Below, piece after piece: positions 1 through 12,500 of a DNA stretch of 64,000 bases (position 1 is the stretch's first letter; each line of letters starts with the position of its first letter). The notes under the pieces were generated by a model, which saw nothing but the letters and a program-made list of their open reading frames with translations, searched no databases and was not told the DNA's origin. A program made the translations under genes and the position numbers. Source of the stretch: Narcine bancroftii (Eukaryota); NCBI RefSeq assembly GCF_036971445.1, contig NC_091469.1, forward strand, positions 102,610,001 through 102,674,000, in the 5' to 3' direction.

Positions 1-275
1 CTTCCAGTGTTGTTGATTCCCCTACAATTCTATGAATTAATTCATGTCTGTAATTCTACTTGAACACAAAGATGATCCCTGATCTAGGGGCTGGATCTTT
101 GAGAGGTAAGAAACTCTGATCTTTCCATCACGGCTTAATAGGTTGGCAGCTGGCGGGTGGGCGGGATAGTTGTCAAGCAAAATAAGAGCTTTGAGTTATA
201 GCTTTTGGTTACATAAATGAGTGCAGAGAGCAGGGACAAAAGTTATGTAAAAACAATCCTCAAAGATGACACTGG

Positions 276-995
276 TCATCCAAGCATTGTAGTCGAATGG
301 TGGAAACAGCAGGGTGAGCGAAATTTGCCAATCATGAGTGGTTTTAACATATGTATTCCAGTCTTGTTAACAGAAAACAACAATATCACGTAATCTTTGC
401 ATTGTTTGAACCCTTCATGTTGATGGGCATCATCTTTGCTAGACATTGTGTCATCTGGGATCATCTTGTAGCAGAGGCCTGTTTCGTCACAGTTGTGCAC
501 TTGCTCTTCGACATAGCCATCTTCTTTAAAGAGTGTTTTTAGTTCTGCTGGGTGTTCACTGGTGACAGCACTGTCGGCTGAGTGAATTTCTCCAGACACT
601 AACACTTGAGAAATCCAATGACGGCGTTTAAAACAGTTTAGCCATCCATTGCTAGCTTTGAACAGTGAGATTTCTCCATTGATCACCTGGTCAAACTTCT
701 CAGTTTGAGCTTTGAGAATAGTCCCAGAATTTTGGAAGGCCTTCTGAGTGCGCTTGAACGAACCACTCGTACAGGGAGTCATCAAGGCTGACATCTTTGG
801 CTGTCTTCATACATTTGCCCTTTACTCCCGCCTCTTCTCCAACTTTCCAAAGCGACATGCATAGCTTAACTTCCTGAGATTTCCAGCCACAAAGTGTTGA
901 TTCAGGTATACCGAGGTTGCGTGCAACTTAGGTTTGACTTTCATTTTTGATCACATCATTCACAAAAAAGATTATTGTCTTCTAACAGTGTGTTC
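276..995 (-). mobile_element. Degenerate pogo/Tigger (jerky/CENP-B-like) DDE transposase
   Basis: ORF 276-794 has FKASNGWLNCFKRRH, SGE and NCDETGLCYK motifs typical of Tigger/TIGD. The upstream frame gives an HTH-like VARNLGIPESTL. Frameshifts and stops are present. Confidence 0.85.
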
Positions 996-1822
996 TGTTA
1001 TGAGCCAAGAAGACCCATAAACCCAGCAGCAATAGATATTCACCAAGACAAATGGCTACTTAAACAAAAGTTCCTTTTAATTATCTTTAAACATGAAAAG
1101 AGAATCACACTTTAACTTATCACTATTAACTTAACTAACCTAACTTAACCTCCTTCTAATTCTAAGTCCACATTTGTCATCTATATCAATGATCTAGATG
1201 ATAATGTGGTAAATTAGATCAGCAAGTTTGCAGATGACACAAGGGGAAGAGGTATTGTGGACAGTGAGGAAGATTTTCAAAAGCCAATTTCCACTGGCAT
1301 CCCAGTTAATTGGCCGTGTGATGTGTCTAAGTTCAGAAAAGTTCTTTGGTTCACAGTCCAATCTCACTTCTCATTCCTCCAAGTTCACTGGTTGCAGGCA
1401 ATTTTTATACTGTGCACAGAATTTTACATTTATGAATTTCACCAGGCTTTGGTGCTTGAAAGGTAAATGGTTACCACTCAGGAAGGTTCTTGACGGTTTT
1501 CAGAGAGAGATTTGTTGTTCCAGGACATCCACAACTGATCCCTTTTTAATCAGCCACTCCAGTGTTTTGCTGACGAAACTTGCCCCCTTCAGGGTTCTCC
1601 AGATGATAACCTCTTTCTTTCAGGTCACCACAGAGTTCCTTTTTGTTTCTCTTATTCCAAGTGAAACATTAGACAACCAGTCCTCTCCTCTTGCATGAAT
1701 TACAAGTGTTTTGACCAGGCTGAAATAAGAACTCATCTTCCAAATGGGGTTTTCCACAAGCTTGCCTGCTTGTCCTGTTCCAGTCCCAGCTGCTGTTGCT
1801 GACTGTAACACTGTAGAAGTCT

Positions 1823-1859
<37 letters not shown>

Positions 1860-2175
1860 TGCACACACACACACTGAGGAAAAGCCTGTTTGACTCTCTG
1901 CTTGCAAAACCACATGACCCTCTTAGAACATCTCCAGACAATCTGCAGTTCCAACAAGATCTTTCATCTGTGGCCTTTCTGCAAACAACAATCCATTTAT
2001 GAAGTCTCTTGGGCACTCTCCAAAGCTCTTGCAAAGGCTGTGAGGCTGATACGTCTAGCATTAGCAGAACTCCAGTATTTCAAATAAGATCTATTTTAAA
2101 GTGTTTGTATGTGACCTACTCTAACAAACCTTTCCCAATTTATCTCCCAAAAAGATATCTATATACTCTGTCACA
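996..2175. mobile_element. Solo LTR (probably Gypsy) inserted at the 5' end of the Tigger ORF
   Basis: TGTTA...TCACA termini flanked by a 4-bp direct repeat GTTC (992-995 and 2176-2179). Contains an internal (CT)n(CA)n tract. Confidence 0.75.
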
Positions 2176-2397
2176 GTTCCATTTTGATCTAAAAACAATT
2201 TAATTCCAGAAAGAGGTAAAAAAAGGGTCCGCTGGCTGATCGTGTTTTATCCAGGTTTGCATTAAATCAAGCTCCACTGTAAATTTGAAAATTTCTCTAT
2301 TGCTTTAGCTGAAATAAAACTGGTTCACATGTTCCAAGTAATATGTTTTGGTTATTATTGATTTCACACCTTTCTGTACAGCCATTCTGTCACCTAC

Positions 2398-2533
2398 CTG
2401 AAATAGCTCTCCTCTGAAGATCAGAAGGTTGAGTGGCTAAAAGGTGCTTGTCCTTATATAGATGAGTCCATGTTTCAGGATCCACATTTGCAGCTACAGG
2501 TTTCAGTGGCCTGTTCTCATTGGCAGTCACCAG
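2398..2533 (-). CDS. CIMIP2A: Ciliary microtubule inner protein 2A (FAM166A), coding exon 4; gene continues left of the window
   Basis: Acceptor ctttccctaccctag, donor CAG|gtaggt. 136 nt, phase 0 to 1. Encodes LVTANENRPLKPVAANVDPETWTHLYKDKHLLATQPSDLQRRAIS(G), matching the FAM166A QRKAISG motif. Phase fits exon 3. Confidence 0.85.
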
Positions 2534-2947
2534 CTAGGGTAGGGAAAGACACTTCATTATGTGTAATTAATTTCACATCCATCTTAATAATGTAGAGGTT
2601 ACTATGGAATGTAATTGATCACTGTGGTTTCCTGCTGCCTCTCTCCTTGTTCTACAGTTCAATATATGAGCCCAGGCATTAGATCAAATGCAAATTCTTC
2701 AAGGACTCATTAGCATGAATATAGGGAGAATGTCATCCTTGGCTGAGGAGTTTAGAACCAGAGTCCACAGTCTCAGATCAAGAGTAGGTAATTTAGGACA
2801 GAGATGAATAGAAATGTATTTACTCAAAGAGTGGTGAATCTTTAGGAACTCTACCCTGGAAGACTGGAAAAGATCAGTCATTTTACAACATTCAAAATGG
2901 AGATTGATGGGTTTCTGGATATTGGATAAAATGATTTTTTGCAATAG

Positions 2948-4305
2948 TATTTACTCAGAGTCAAGGAAAGTTGGAAAATAAGCAGCGAGGTCATGGGATT
3001 GATGCAGATTAAAGAGGAGGAAGTGTTTGCTGTCTTAAAGCAAATAAGGATGGATAAATCCCCAAGGCCTGACAAGAAATTCCCTTGGACCTTGAAGGAG
3101 GCCAATGTAGAAATTGCAGGGGGTCTGCCTGAAATATATAAAATATCCTCAGCCACGGGTGTGGAGCTGGTGGATTGGAGGTTAGCTCACGTTGTTCCAT
3201 TGTTTAAAAAAGGTTCCAAAAATAACCATGGAAATTATAGGCCAGTGAGCCTGACATCAGTAAGATAAATTATTGGAAGGTGTTCTAAGAGATCAGATAT
3301 ATAAGTATTTGGATAGCCAAGGACTTATTAAGGATAGTCAACATGGCGTTTGTGCATGGTAGGTCATGTTTAGCCAATCTGATAGCATTTTGAGGAGGTT
3401 ATCAGGAAAGTTGATGAAGGAAAGGTTGTGGATTTTGTCTACATGGATGTTAATAAGGCCTTTGACAAGGTCCCACATGAAAGTTTAGCCAGGAAGATTC
3501 AGACGCTTGGTATTCATGATGAGGTATTAAACTAGATTCAACGATGGCTATGCGGGATAAGCCAGAGAGTGATGGTGGATGATTGCATCTCAAATGGAGG
3601 CCTGTGACTAGTGGTGTGGCTCAGGGATTGGTTCTGGGACCATTGCTGTTTGTCATCTATATCAATGATCTGGATGATAATGTGGTAAATTAGATCAGCA
3701 AGTTTGCAGATGACACAAGGGGAGGAGGTATTGTGGACAGTGAGGAAGATTTTCAAAAGCCAATTTCCACTGGCATCCCAGTTAATTGGCCGTGTGATGT
3801 CCCTGGGATAGAAGCCATTTGTGTTGTTTCCACTGGGCCACCTTTAACTTGGACAGTGACTGCTTTTCCATTGAACACACTCATCCCTGGGGATTGGAGG
3901 GTTCTACCTTCAACTGTAAACAGGACACTTTCTGCTTTCCTTTTTCCTTTTTCCACTGGTTTAATTGGTATGCCGACATCAGCTGATGCCAGGGATATGA
4001 ATATCAATCCTCAGCGTGAAATGATGTAATTTGACATCAGTATGATGACTGTTTCTTTTTCCATTGGACCCTGTCCCATTTAATTCACCAATAATTCCTG
4101 GGACAATGTGCCAGTGGAAAAGGGGCGAATGCTTGCAGAGGGATCTGGATCAGCTGGAAAAATGAGCTGAAAAATGACAGATGGAATTTAATGCGGACAA
4201 GTGTGAGGTGTTGCTTTTTGGAAGGGAAAACCAGGAAAGGCCATGCACAGTAAATGGTAGGGCACTGAGGAGTGCGGTAGAACAAAGGGATCTGGGAATG
4301 CAGAT
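2948..4305 (+). mobile_element. CR1 LINE ORF2 (RT) fragment, interrupted by a MITE
   Basis: DWRLAHVVPLFKKG..NYRPVSLTS, KFADDT and MEFNADKCEV motifs, with stops. Confidence 0.9.
3759..4126. mobile_element. Non-autonomous DNA transposon (Harbinger-like MITE)
   Basis: Imperfect TIRs GCCAATTTCCACTGGCA / TGCCAGTGGAAAAGGGGC and repeated internal TTTCCACTG. It splits the CR1 RT. A second copy is at 22486. Confidence 0.7.
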
Positions 4306-4624
4306 AGAGCAAGATCCCCATTATCTAGCACCTATGGGGATCCTGGATGTCGGTTTTGCGAATTTTCCAATTGACTGAGACTCTTACAATGCCTAACTAA
4401 TTTAGAATACACGGTTTGGAAGACAAAAGACAAAATGTAAAGTAATTTGAAAAAGAAAATCAGTTTTGTATTCTTTAATTATATGAAGTTCACTTTAATC
4501 TGATAATTCCCTTAACTTACAAAAATTAAATTTGAACTCTGGTTGCTGGCGCTGAAACTATTTTGCATTAACTGCTATGCTAACTGTGCTGCCGTCAAAA
4601 TTAACCCCCTTCCCTCGCACTGAC

Positions 4625-6410
4625 AACCCGACTCACCTCAATGCCAGTGTCCCGGTCAGATCCTCAGTGCAACCTGACTCACCTCCATGCCAGTGTCCCG
4701 GTCAGATCCTCAGTGCAACCTGACTCACCTCCATGCCAGTGTCCCGGTCAGACCCTCAGTGCAACCTGACTCACCTCCACGCCATTGTCCAGGTCAGACC
4801 CTCAGTGCAACCTGACTCACCTCCACGCCAGTGTCCTGGTCAGACCCTCAGTGCAACCTGACTCACCTCCACGCCATTGTCCAGGTCAGACCCTAAGTGC
4901 AACCTGACTCACCTCCACACCAGTGTCCCGGTCAGATCCTCAGTGCAACCTGACTCACCTCCATGCCAGTGTCCCGGTCAGACCCTCAGTGCAACCTGAC
5001 TCACCTCCATGCCAGTGTCCCGGTCAGACCCTCAGTGCAACCTGACTCACCTCCACGCCAGTGTCCTGGTCAGACCCTCAGTGCAACCTGACTCACCTCC
5101 ACGCCATTGTCCAGGTCAGACCCTCAGTGCAACCTGACTCACCTCCACGCCAGTGTCCTGGTCAGACCCTCAGTGCAACCTGACTCACCTCCACGCCATT
5201 GTCCAGGTCAGACCCTAAGTGCAACCTGACTCACCTCCACGCCAGTGTCCTGGTCAGACCCTCAGTGCAACCTGACTCACCTCCACGCCATTGTCCAGGT
5301 CAGACCCTCAGTGCAACCTGACTCACCTCCATGCCAGTGTCCCGGTCAGACCCTCAGTGCAACCTGACTCACCTCCACGCCATTGTCCAGGTCAGACCCT
5401 CAGTGCAACCTGACTCACCTCCACGCCAGTGTCCTGGTCAGACCCTCAGTGCAACCTGACTCACCTCCACACCAGTGTCCCGGTCAGACCCTCAGTGCAA
5501 CCTGACTCACCTCCACGCCAGTGTCCTGGTCAGACCCTCAGTGCAACCTGACTCACCTCCACGCCATTGTCCAGGTCAGACCCTCAGTGCAACCTGACTC
5601 ACCTCCACGCCAGTGTCCTGGTCAGATCCTCACTGCAACCCAACTCACCTCCACACCAGTGTCCCGGTCAGACCCTCAGTGCAACCTGACTCACCTCCAC
5701 GCCAGTGTCCCGGTCAGACCCTCAGTGCAACCTGACTCACCTCCATGCCAGTGTCCCGGTCAGACCCTCAGTGCAACCTGACTCACCTCCACGCCAGTGT
5801 CCCGGTCAGACCCTCAATGCAACCCGACTCACCTCAATGCCAGTGTCCCGGTCAGACCCTCAGTGCAACCTGACTCACCTCCACGCCAGTGTCCCGGTCA
5901 GACCCTCAGTGCAACCTGACTCACCTCCATGCCAGTGTCCCGGTCAGACCCTCAGTGCAACCTGACTCACCTCCACGCCAGTGTCCTGGTCAGATCCTCA
6001 CTGCAACCCGACTCACCTCCACGCCAGTGTCCCGGTCAGACCCTCAGTGCAACTCGACTCACCTCCATGCCAGTGTCCCGGTCAGACCCTCAGTGCAACC
6101 TGACTCACCTCCACGCCAGTGTCCTGGTCAGATCCTCACTGCAACCCGACTCATCTCCACGCCAGTGTCCCGGTCAGTCCCTCAGTGTAACTCGACTCAC
6201 CTCCACGCCAGTGTCCCGGTCAGACCCTCAGTGCAACTCGACTCACCTCCATGCCAGTGTCCCGGTCAGACCCTCAGTGCAACCCGACCCACCTCCACGC
6301 CAGTGTCCTGGTCAGGCCCTCAGTGCAACCCGACTCACCTCCACACCAATGTCCAGGACAAACCCTCAGTGCAACCTGACTCACCTCCATGCCAGTGTCC
6401 TGTCAGGCCC
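4625..6410. repeat. 46-bp minisatellite, about 39 copies
   Basis: Unit CCAGTGTCCCGGTCAGACCCTCAGTGCAACCTGACTCACCTCCACG read directly from the sequence. Confidence 0.97.
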
Positions 6411-6869
6411 TTGGCACATCTTCCTTCATGTTCAAAACAGTGTTGCAGTAACTACTACGCTAAACCATGCTGCCGTCATAATGAGTTTACAGATAAAGCC
6501 TTACTAATATACTTAATAATTTACTGAAATAGTTAAGGACTCTAACTAGGCAGGGATAGGGAGACAGTTTGGGAGAGTCATCCCAGCAGCGAGAAGACCA
6601 GCCGGCTCTTCTTCCTGGGCACCACCATTTTATTTAAACACAACTTTATTGAAAATTTATTCAAACAGCTGCTGTGGGGGGGTGGGTGGGGCACGACCAG
6701 ATGCTCCACTGACTGAATGTTTGCTCCCAATGGGTTGTGTGTTGCTTCGGATAACATTTATATTTACAATTTTAAACTTCTATATAAACTTTTATTTAAA
6801 ACATTACTTATTTCCTCTTTATTTTGGCAGTTCTTTGTGTTTCCATTGATGGAGTGCTGGATAATAGGG

Positions 6870-7460
6870 ATTTTACTGTACATTGTTCCCTGAAAGTGGT
6901 GCCACAGGTAGATAGCGTCACAAAGAGATCTTTTGGCATATTGGGCTTCATGGTATTGAGTATAGGAGTTGGGATGTTATGGTTAAGTTGTTTAAGACAT
7001 TGGTGAGGCCAAATTTGCAGTACTGTGTGCAGTTTTGGTCACCTAACTACAGGAAAGATATCAATAAGATTGAAAGAGTGCAGAGAAGATTGACTGGGAT
7101 GTTGCCCAGACTTCAGGAACTGAGTTACAGGGAAGAATTAAACAGGTTAGCACTTTATTCCTTGGAGCTTAGAAGAATGAGGAGAGATTTGATCGAGGTT
7201 TTTTAAATTCTGAAGGTATAGACAAAGTAAACGTAGGTAGGCTTCTTCTACTGAGGTAAGATACAAACCAGAGGATATAGGTTAAGGGTGAAAGGGGAAA
7301 TGTTTAAGGGAACATAAGGGGGAACTTCTTTATACAGAAGATGGTGGGGGTGTGGAACGAGTTGCCAGCTGAAGTAAATACAGGCTAAATTTTCACATTT
7401 AAGAAAAAATTATTCAAGTACATGGATGGGAGAGGTATGGAGGGCCATGGACTGGGTGCA
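6870..7460 (+). mobile_element. CR1 LINE 3' fragment
   Basis: LVRPNLQYCVQFWSPNYRKDINKIERVQRR...RRMRRDLIEVF. Confidence 0.9.
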
Positions 7461-8192
7461 TTTAACATTCTCTGGTTCTAGATACATCAAGGGATATAGG
7501 GGAAGGAAGGAAGTTTTGAGGGAGAAGGTAATCCAGAATCTTGTTGGTGAATCAGGCTTGTGGGCTGAATAGCCTAATCCAATTATATTTTATTAATGTT
7601 CTTATATTGGTGTTTTCCCTTTGTGGAACACCCAAAGCTAATGTTTTTTGAATCTGTTGCTGTTGTGTAATAAGTTTTCCTATGAACTCTCATGCTAATC
7701 TGGATGAGACATTGGGAATGTACCACCTTCTGATTTCAGCCACTTTGTGTTAGCTTCAAGCACATCAAGGTTGGGTATAGAAGGTAGAGCTACAGCTGAA
7801 CGCTGTCTGCAGCTGTCCCAGCAGTGTGCTGTAGGCCTAATCTTGGAAGAACTGATGTGATCATTCTCCATTCTCCACCTGGCTCCTCAGAGCCTGGGAA
7901 TTGGTGCTGCACTATTTGCCCTGAGCAGTTGCACATGATTGCTTAAATTCACTCATCTTGAATTCCTCTAGCTAAGGGAGGCATTGATCCATTCAGCCTT
8001 CACTAGAATTAGATCCAAGTTTCTTCATATGCCCCATTATTAAATATTTATCCCATTATGTGGCCTGCAAGGTGTTCCCTTTTGTGCTTTTTAAAAGGCC
8101 ATTGCCAAAGCTCTCTTCTCTAACCCATGCATGCAACTGGCATGTAAGTGGGAGGATCAACCTTGCTGCCCTCAGTTTCCCACTGTGCTTAC

Positions 8193-8341
8193 CTTCCTTC
8201 TCCCATCCATATAGCTGATGAGCACAGGCTCTTTCATTTTTTGCATGTATTCCATTTGGTGTTTTTGTAAATCTAGTCCTGATTTTAGGGTCTCCTTGTA
8301 ATAGTTCCCACCATAGTTGAATAACTTCTGAGGGATGTAGC
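8193..8341 (-). CDS. CIMIP2A: CIMIP2A/FAM166A coding exon 3
   Basis: Acceptor ttttctgtctttacttaatag, donor AAG|gtaagc. 149 nt, phase 1 to 0. Encodes (G)YIPQKLFNYGGNYYKETLKSGLDLQKHQMEYMQKMKEPVLISYMDGRRK, completing a PGYTGYIP repeat begun in exon 2. Confidence 0.82.
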
Positions 8342-9542
8342 CTATTAAGTAAAGACAGAAAGAGATGAGATAACCAAGTAGTTTTGGAACTTACATTACA
8401 GTTGTAGAAGGCTGATTGGACCCCATTCAAGGAATTCTTTTCAATGTGGAGCACTGTTCCTCAGGAAGGATATACAGGGATTTATAAGTCAAGTCAAGCA
8501 AGTCACCTTTATTTATTGTTCATAAATTATAAAGATGAGATAGCGTTTCTCCAGGACCATGGAGCATATTTACATAAATATGTTAGAATAGAAGTTAAAC
8601 CCATTGAAATATTAAACTATTAAGACATATACAGTAAAAGTCCATGGTAGATGTCCTGCATGGATTCACCAGCATGTTACTGGGGCTTACTGCAAATGTT
8701 TATTGAGGCAGGTCACATTAACCTGGCTGGAACTGACTAAAAGACAGAGTTAAAGAAGCAATTAAAATACATAAAGAATTTGTGAGGGATGAAGAGGAGC
8801 AAAACATTTGATGCCAAAACAAAGGGGTATGACAGAATTGGAGGCTTCTTATTCAGAGGTCTTGTCAGCAGGAGTTTCTTCACCTAGAGCGGTGTGGAAA
8901 TCTGGCCATCCCTCTCCCTACCATATGAAGGAAATGTAAAACTGAAGTTGACAGAATTTTGATGAATGATGTCTCCAAATTAAACCCCCAGCTATAGATA
9001 GAGTGTGTGTACAATGAGTGGGGTTAGTATGTAGAGGTGAGTACACAGAGTAAGTGGAGTTAGTGAGTACAGGGGTGAGTGGAGAATGTATAGGGTGAGT
9101 GGGCAGACGATAGAGTGACACTAGAGTGAATTGTGAATTAGTGTAGCAGAACATACGTGGTATGAATATGTTCAGGTACTAGTCTCTGTTCAGGTTAAGG
9201 AGTTGAGTGTCTAAGATGAGTATGCAGAATGTGTGCAGAGTGAGTGGGGTGGGTGCATGATGAGATTCATGAATGTACACGAATAAATGGTTGGAGGTAG
9301 GGCAGTAGGGTAGAAATGGTATACAGAATGGAGATGAGGATGTTCATGTTTTGAAAGAAAAGGCAGACGCAAGGAGAGGTGGTCAATCTACCACCGAGGA
9401 AATGAAACTAGGGGTGAAGGTGTACAGGACTTGAGAAAAAAGGGCAGGGATGGAGGTGAAGCTGACAGGAGTGCTTGTGGAAGTGTACAGGATGGAGGTG
9501 ACGAGTGAATCTGCACAGGAGAAGAAGATGAGCATTAACAGG

Positions 9543-12500
9543 TGTTGTGAGCTGCTGTACACTCATTTATCTGGCTCCACCCTGTTTTCTGACTGTACCC
9601 ATGGCTCCTCTTTCTTGACCCTATATAAAGGCTCCAATACAATAACCCCTTTCTAGAAAGCCTGGGTCACAGCACAGGATGACCTTCAAGTTTACTGTAA
9701 ATGAAAGCCTATTGTTCTGTAACTCCAGTCTTTTGAGTTATTAATAGTACATCAATTTTATTTACAATAATATTTTTCCAACAATGGAACAACTCTTGAA
9801 GCCTGATAGGCTGGAGATCGACCCAGAATTGCCAGAAGCCTCAGACTACTTTGAACTCTGGCTATGCTGCTTTGAGGTCTTTATACAAAATTCCTCCAGA
9901 ATCGTGGCCATGGAGGCAAACAAGCTGCACCTACTCTTCTCCCGGGTTGGTCATCAAGTGGTCCTGATGATCAGGGATACCTCAATGTATGGGGAGGCAA
10001 TGGGCATACTCAAGGACCAATACAGGGAGAAAGTCAACGAAGTTTATGCCAGGCACCTGCTGGCCACCTGCAGACAGTGGCCGAGTGATGAGTTCCTCCA
10101 GGCCCTGTGGGAACTCACACGAGTGTGCAACTTCCAGTCGGTGTTGGCTGCCCAAAACATGGGGGACATTATCCGGGATGCCTATGTTGTAGGTGTCAGG
10201 TTGGACTATGTGCACCAGAGGCCAGTGGAATAGAGTAAGATGGACATAAAAGGGATGATTGAAATTGTGAAATCACTGGAGATCACCCTCTGTATCATGG
10301 AAACTTACTCACAAATGGTGTGATGTCCACATGGGGGCTGCCATCTTGGGACATGGGTTTACAGGCCAACAGTCCACTACTGCGTCCAACAAGCAATCCC
10401 ACCACAGCTACGGTTTCCCAGGAGCACCTGAAGTGCTACTTTTGTGGCCACTAAAGCACTCCCGAAAACGCTTCCCGGCGAAAGATGCAATGCGCTCAAA
10501 GTGCAGAAAGAAGGACCACTATGCAAAGGTATTTTGATCACAGCCACCTTCCAGCGCCAGTGCTGCTGCATGTGTGGCATGGGGGCTGCCATCTTGGCCA
10601 CCTTTATCTTACAGAGACGACCACGCCGCGACATGAGGCCACCATCTTGAACACTGCCAACTTCCAGCCAGGGATAACCACGCTGCGGCATGGGTGCCAC
10701 CATTATGTTCCCAGACTACAAGTCAGCATGAACCAGACCATGAACTGACACTGGCCTCCTTGGTCCTGGATCAAAACAGCCTGCATCAACTCTCACAGTC
10801 TATGGTGGACATCTCAAACAACGATGAGGGTGACAAGATGCCTTTTTGATAGTAGGAGCACTGGGAGTTTTATCCACCCCAATACAGTGTAGTGTTACTC
10901 CTTTAAAGCAAACCTAGTAATCTATAAAGTTGCCCTGGCTTCAAAGTCCCACTCAGCCGAGGCGCTACACCATCGTGACACTGACCGTGCAGGACACAAC
11001 TTACAAGGACTTTAAACTCTTCATTATGTCACAGTTCTATGTGCCAATGCTGCTGGGGCTGGACTTTCAGTGCCACCTCAAGAGTGTTACAATGTAATAT
11101 GACAGTCCTCTCCCCCCCATCATGTTCGGCAACCCACAGTTTGTTAGCCGGTTTCCCCCATCGCTCCCCCCACTGCTGGCCCAACTGTCACGTGGTCTCT
11201 CTGCACTCCATATTGATCCCCCACTGCTGTTCACGAACCTCACCCCCAACTGTAAACCAATCGCTACAAAAAGCAGGCAATACAGTGAAGGGAACAGGGT
11301 GTTTATTAAAGTGGAAGTGCAGTGACTCTTGAATGAGGGGATCATTGAGACTAGTACCAGCCCATGGAGAGCTCAAGTAGTGGTGGTGGGGGTAAACACA
11401 GGATGGTGATTGATTCTCGTCAGACCATTAACCACTATACACAGCTGGATGCATATCCCCTCCCTCGCATTGTGGATATGGTCAATCAAATTTCCCAATA
11501 TCATGTGTTATCCACGGTCGACCTGAAATCCACCTACCACCAGCTCCCCATCTGCCCAGAGGACCACCAGTACACCACCTTCAAGGCAGATGGCATCATG
11601 TAAAGGTTAAAACCTTGTGTTTTTTGATTTTTAGTAATTTTATGACTATCCCTTTAAGAAAAATTGTTGTTTCTAGTGTTACCATAGTTCCTAATGATAT
11701 CATATGTCATAATACCTGGGCATACAGGTAGCTTGCTTTCATCCTTTGAAGAACCATGGGGAGGCATAAGCATCGAAATATTTTTCTTTCAATTCATCTT
11801 ATTTTATCTTAATTTAATTTTAATCATCTATTAATCATCTCTTATTATTGTCTTATATTGTTTTGTCTTTAAATATAGCCGAATGCTTCATTTATCCATA
11901 GTTATGAAAATCTTGATCCGAAGTTATGCAAGATGTTTAAACATTATCAAGCTACTTACAGCTGCAATTACAAAGTTTTATTTATTGGATTAATAAGATA
12001 GTAATTCAGGATATTGTGGCTTACATTTCTGTGAAGATAATATGTTTCGAATTTGAGAAATATAAGAGATTGGAAGTGTCACCTACACTGCCTCTACGAC
12101 TTCCTTAGGGTACTCTTCAGTGTTACCAACAGTGTCTCTGTCTTCCAGCGGGAGATGAACTGGATGGTGGACCAAAATGACCTGCATGCCGCCTTCCCCT
12201 ACCTGGATAATGTTATGATCTGCGGCGACAACCTGCAAGATCATGACGCCAACCTCCATAAATTCCTCATAACAGCCAAATTCCTCAATCTAACCTATAA
12301 CAGGGATAAACGTGTTTTCCACACTACCCACCTGGCGATCCTTGGCTGTATTGTGGAGAATGGAGTCATTGGCCTCAATCCTGACTGCATTCTCCCCCTG
12401 CTAGAGATCTCCCTCCCCCACAGTTTCAAGGCCCTGAAAAGGTGCATGGGCTTCTTTTCCTACTATGCCCAGTGGGTCCCTAATTATGCAGACAAAGCCC

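Noticed and set aside
276-794. Domesticated TIGD/JRKL gene
   Set aside because: It is frameshifted, truncated, interrupted by an LTR and lies in a CIMIP2A intron, so it is a transposon fossil.
4625-6527. CRISPR-like array or long ORFs (212 aa, 192 aa) in the repeat
   Set aside because: The units are contiguous with no unique spacers, the context is eukaryotic, and the ORFs arise from point changes removing the repeat's TGA; the unit length is not a multiple of 3.
8056-8454. 132-aa minus-strand ORF as a gene
   Set aside because: It is an alternative frame overlapping CIMIP2A exon 3. The splice-phase-consistent frame is a different one.
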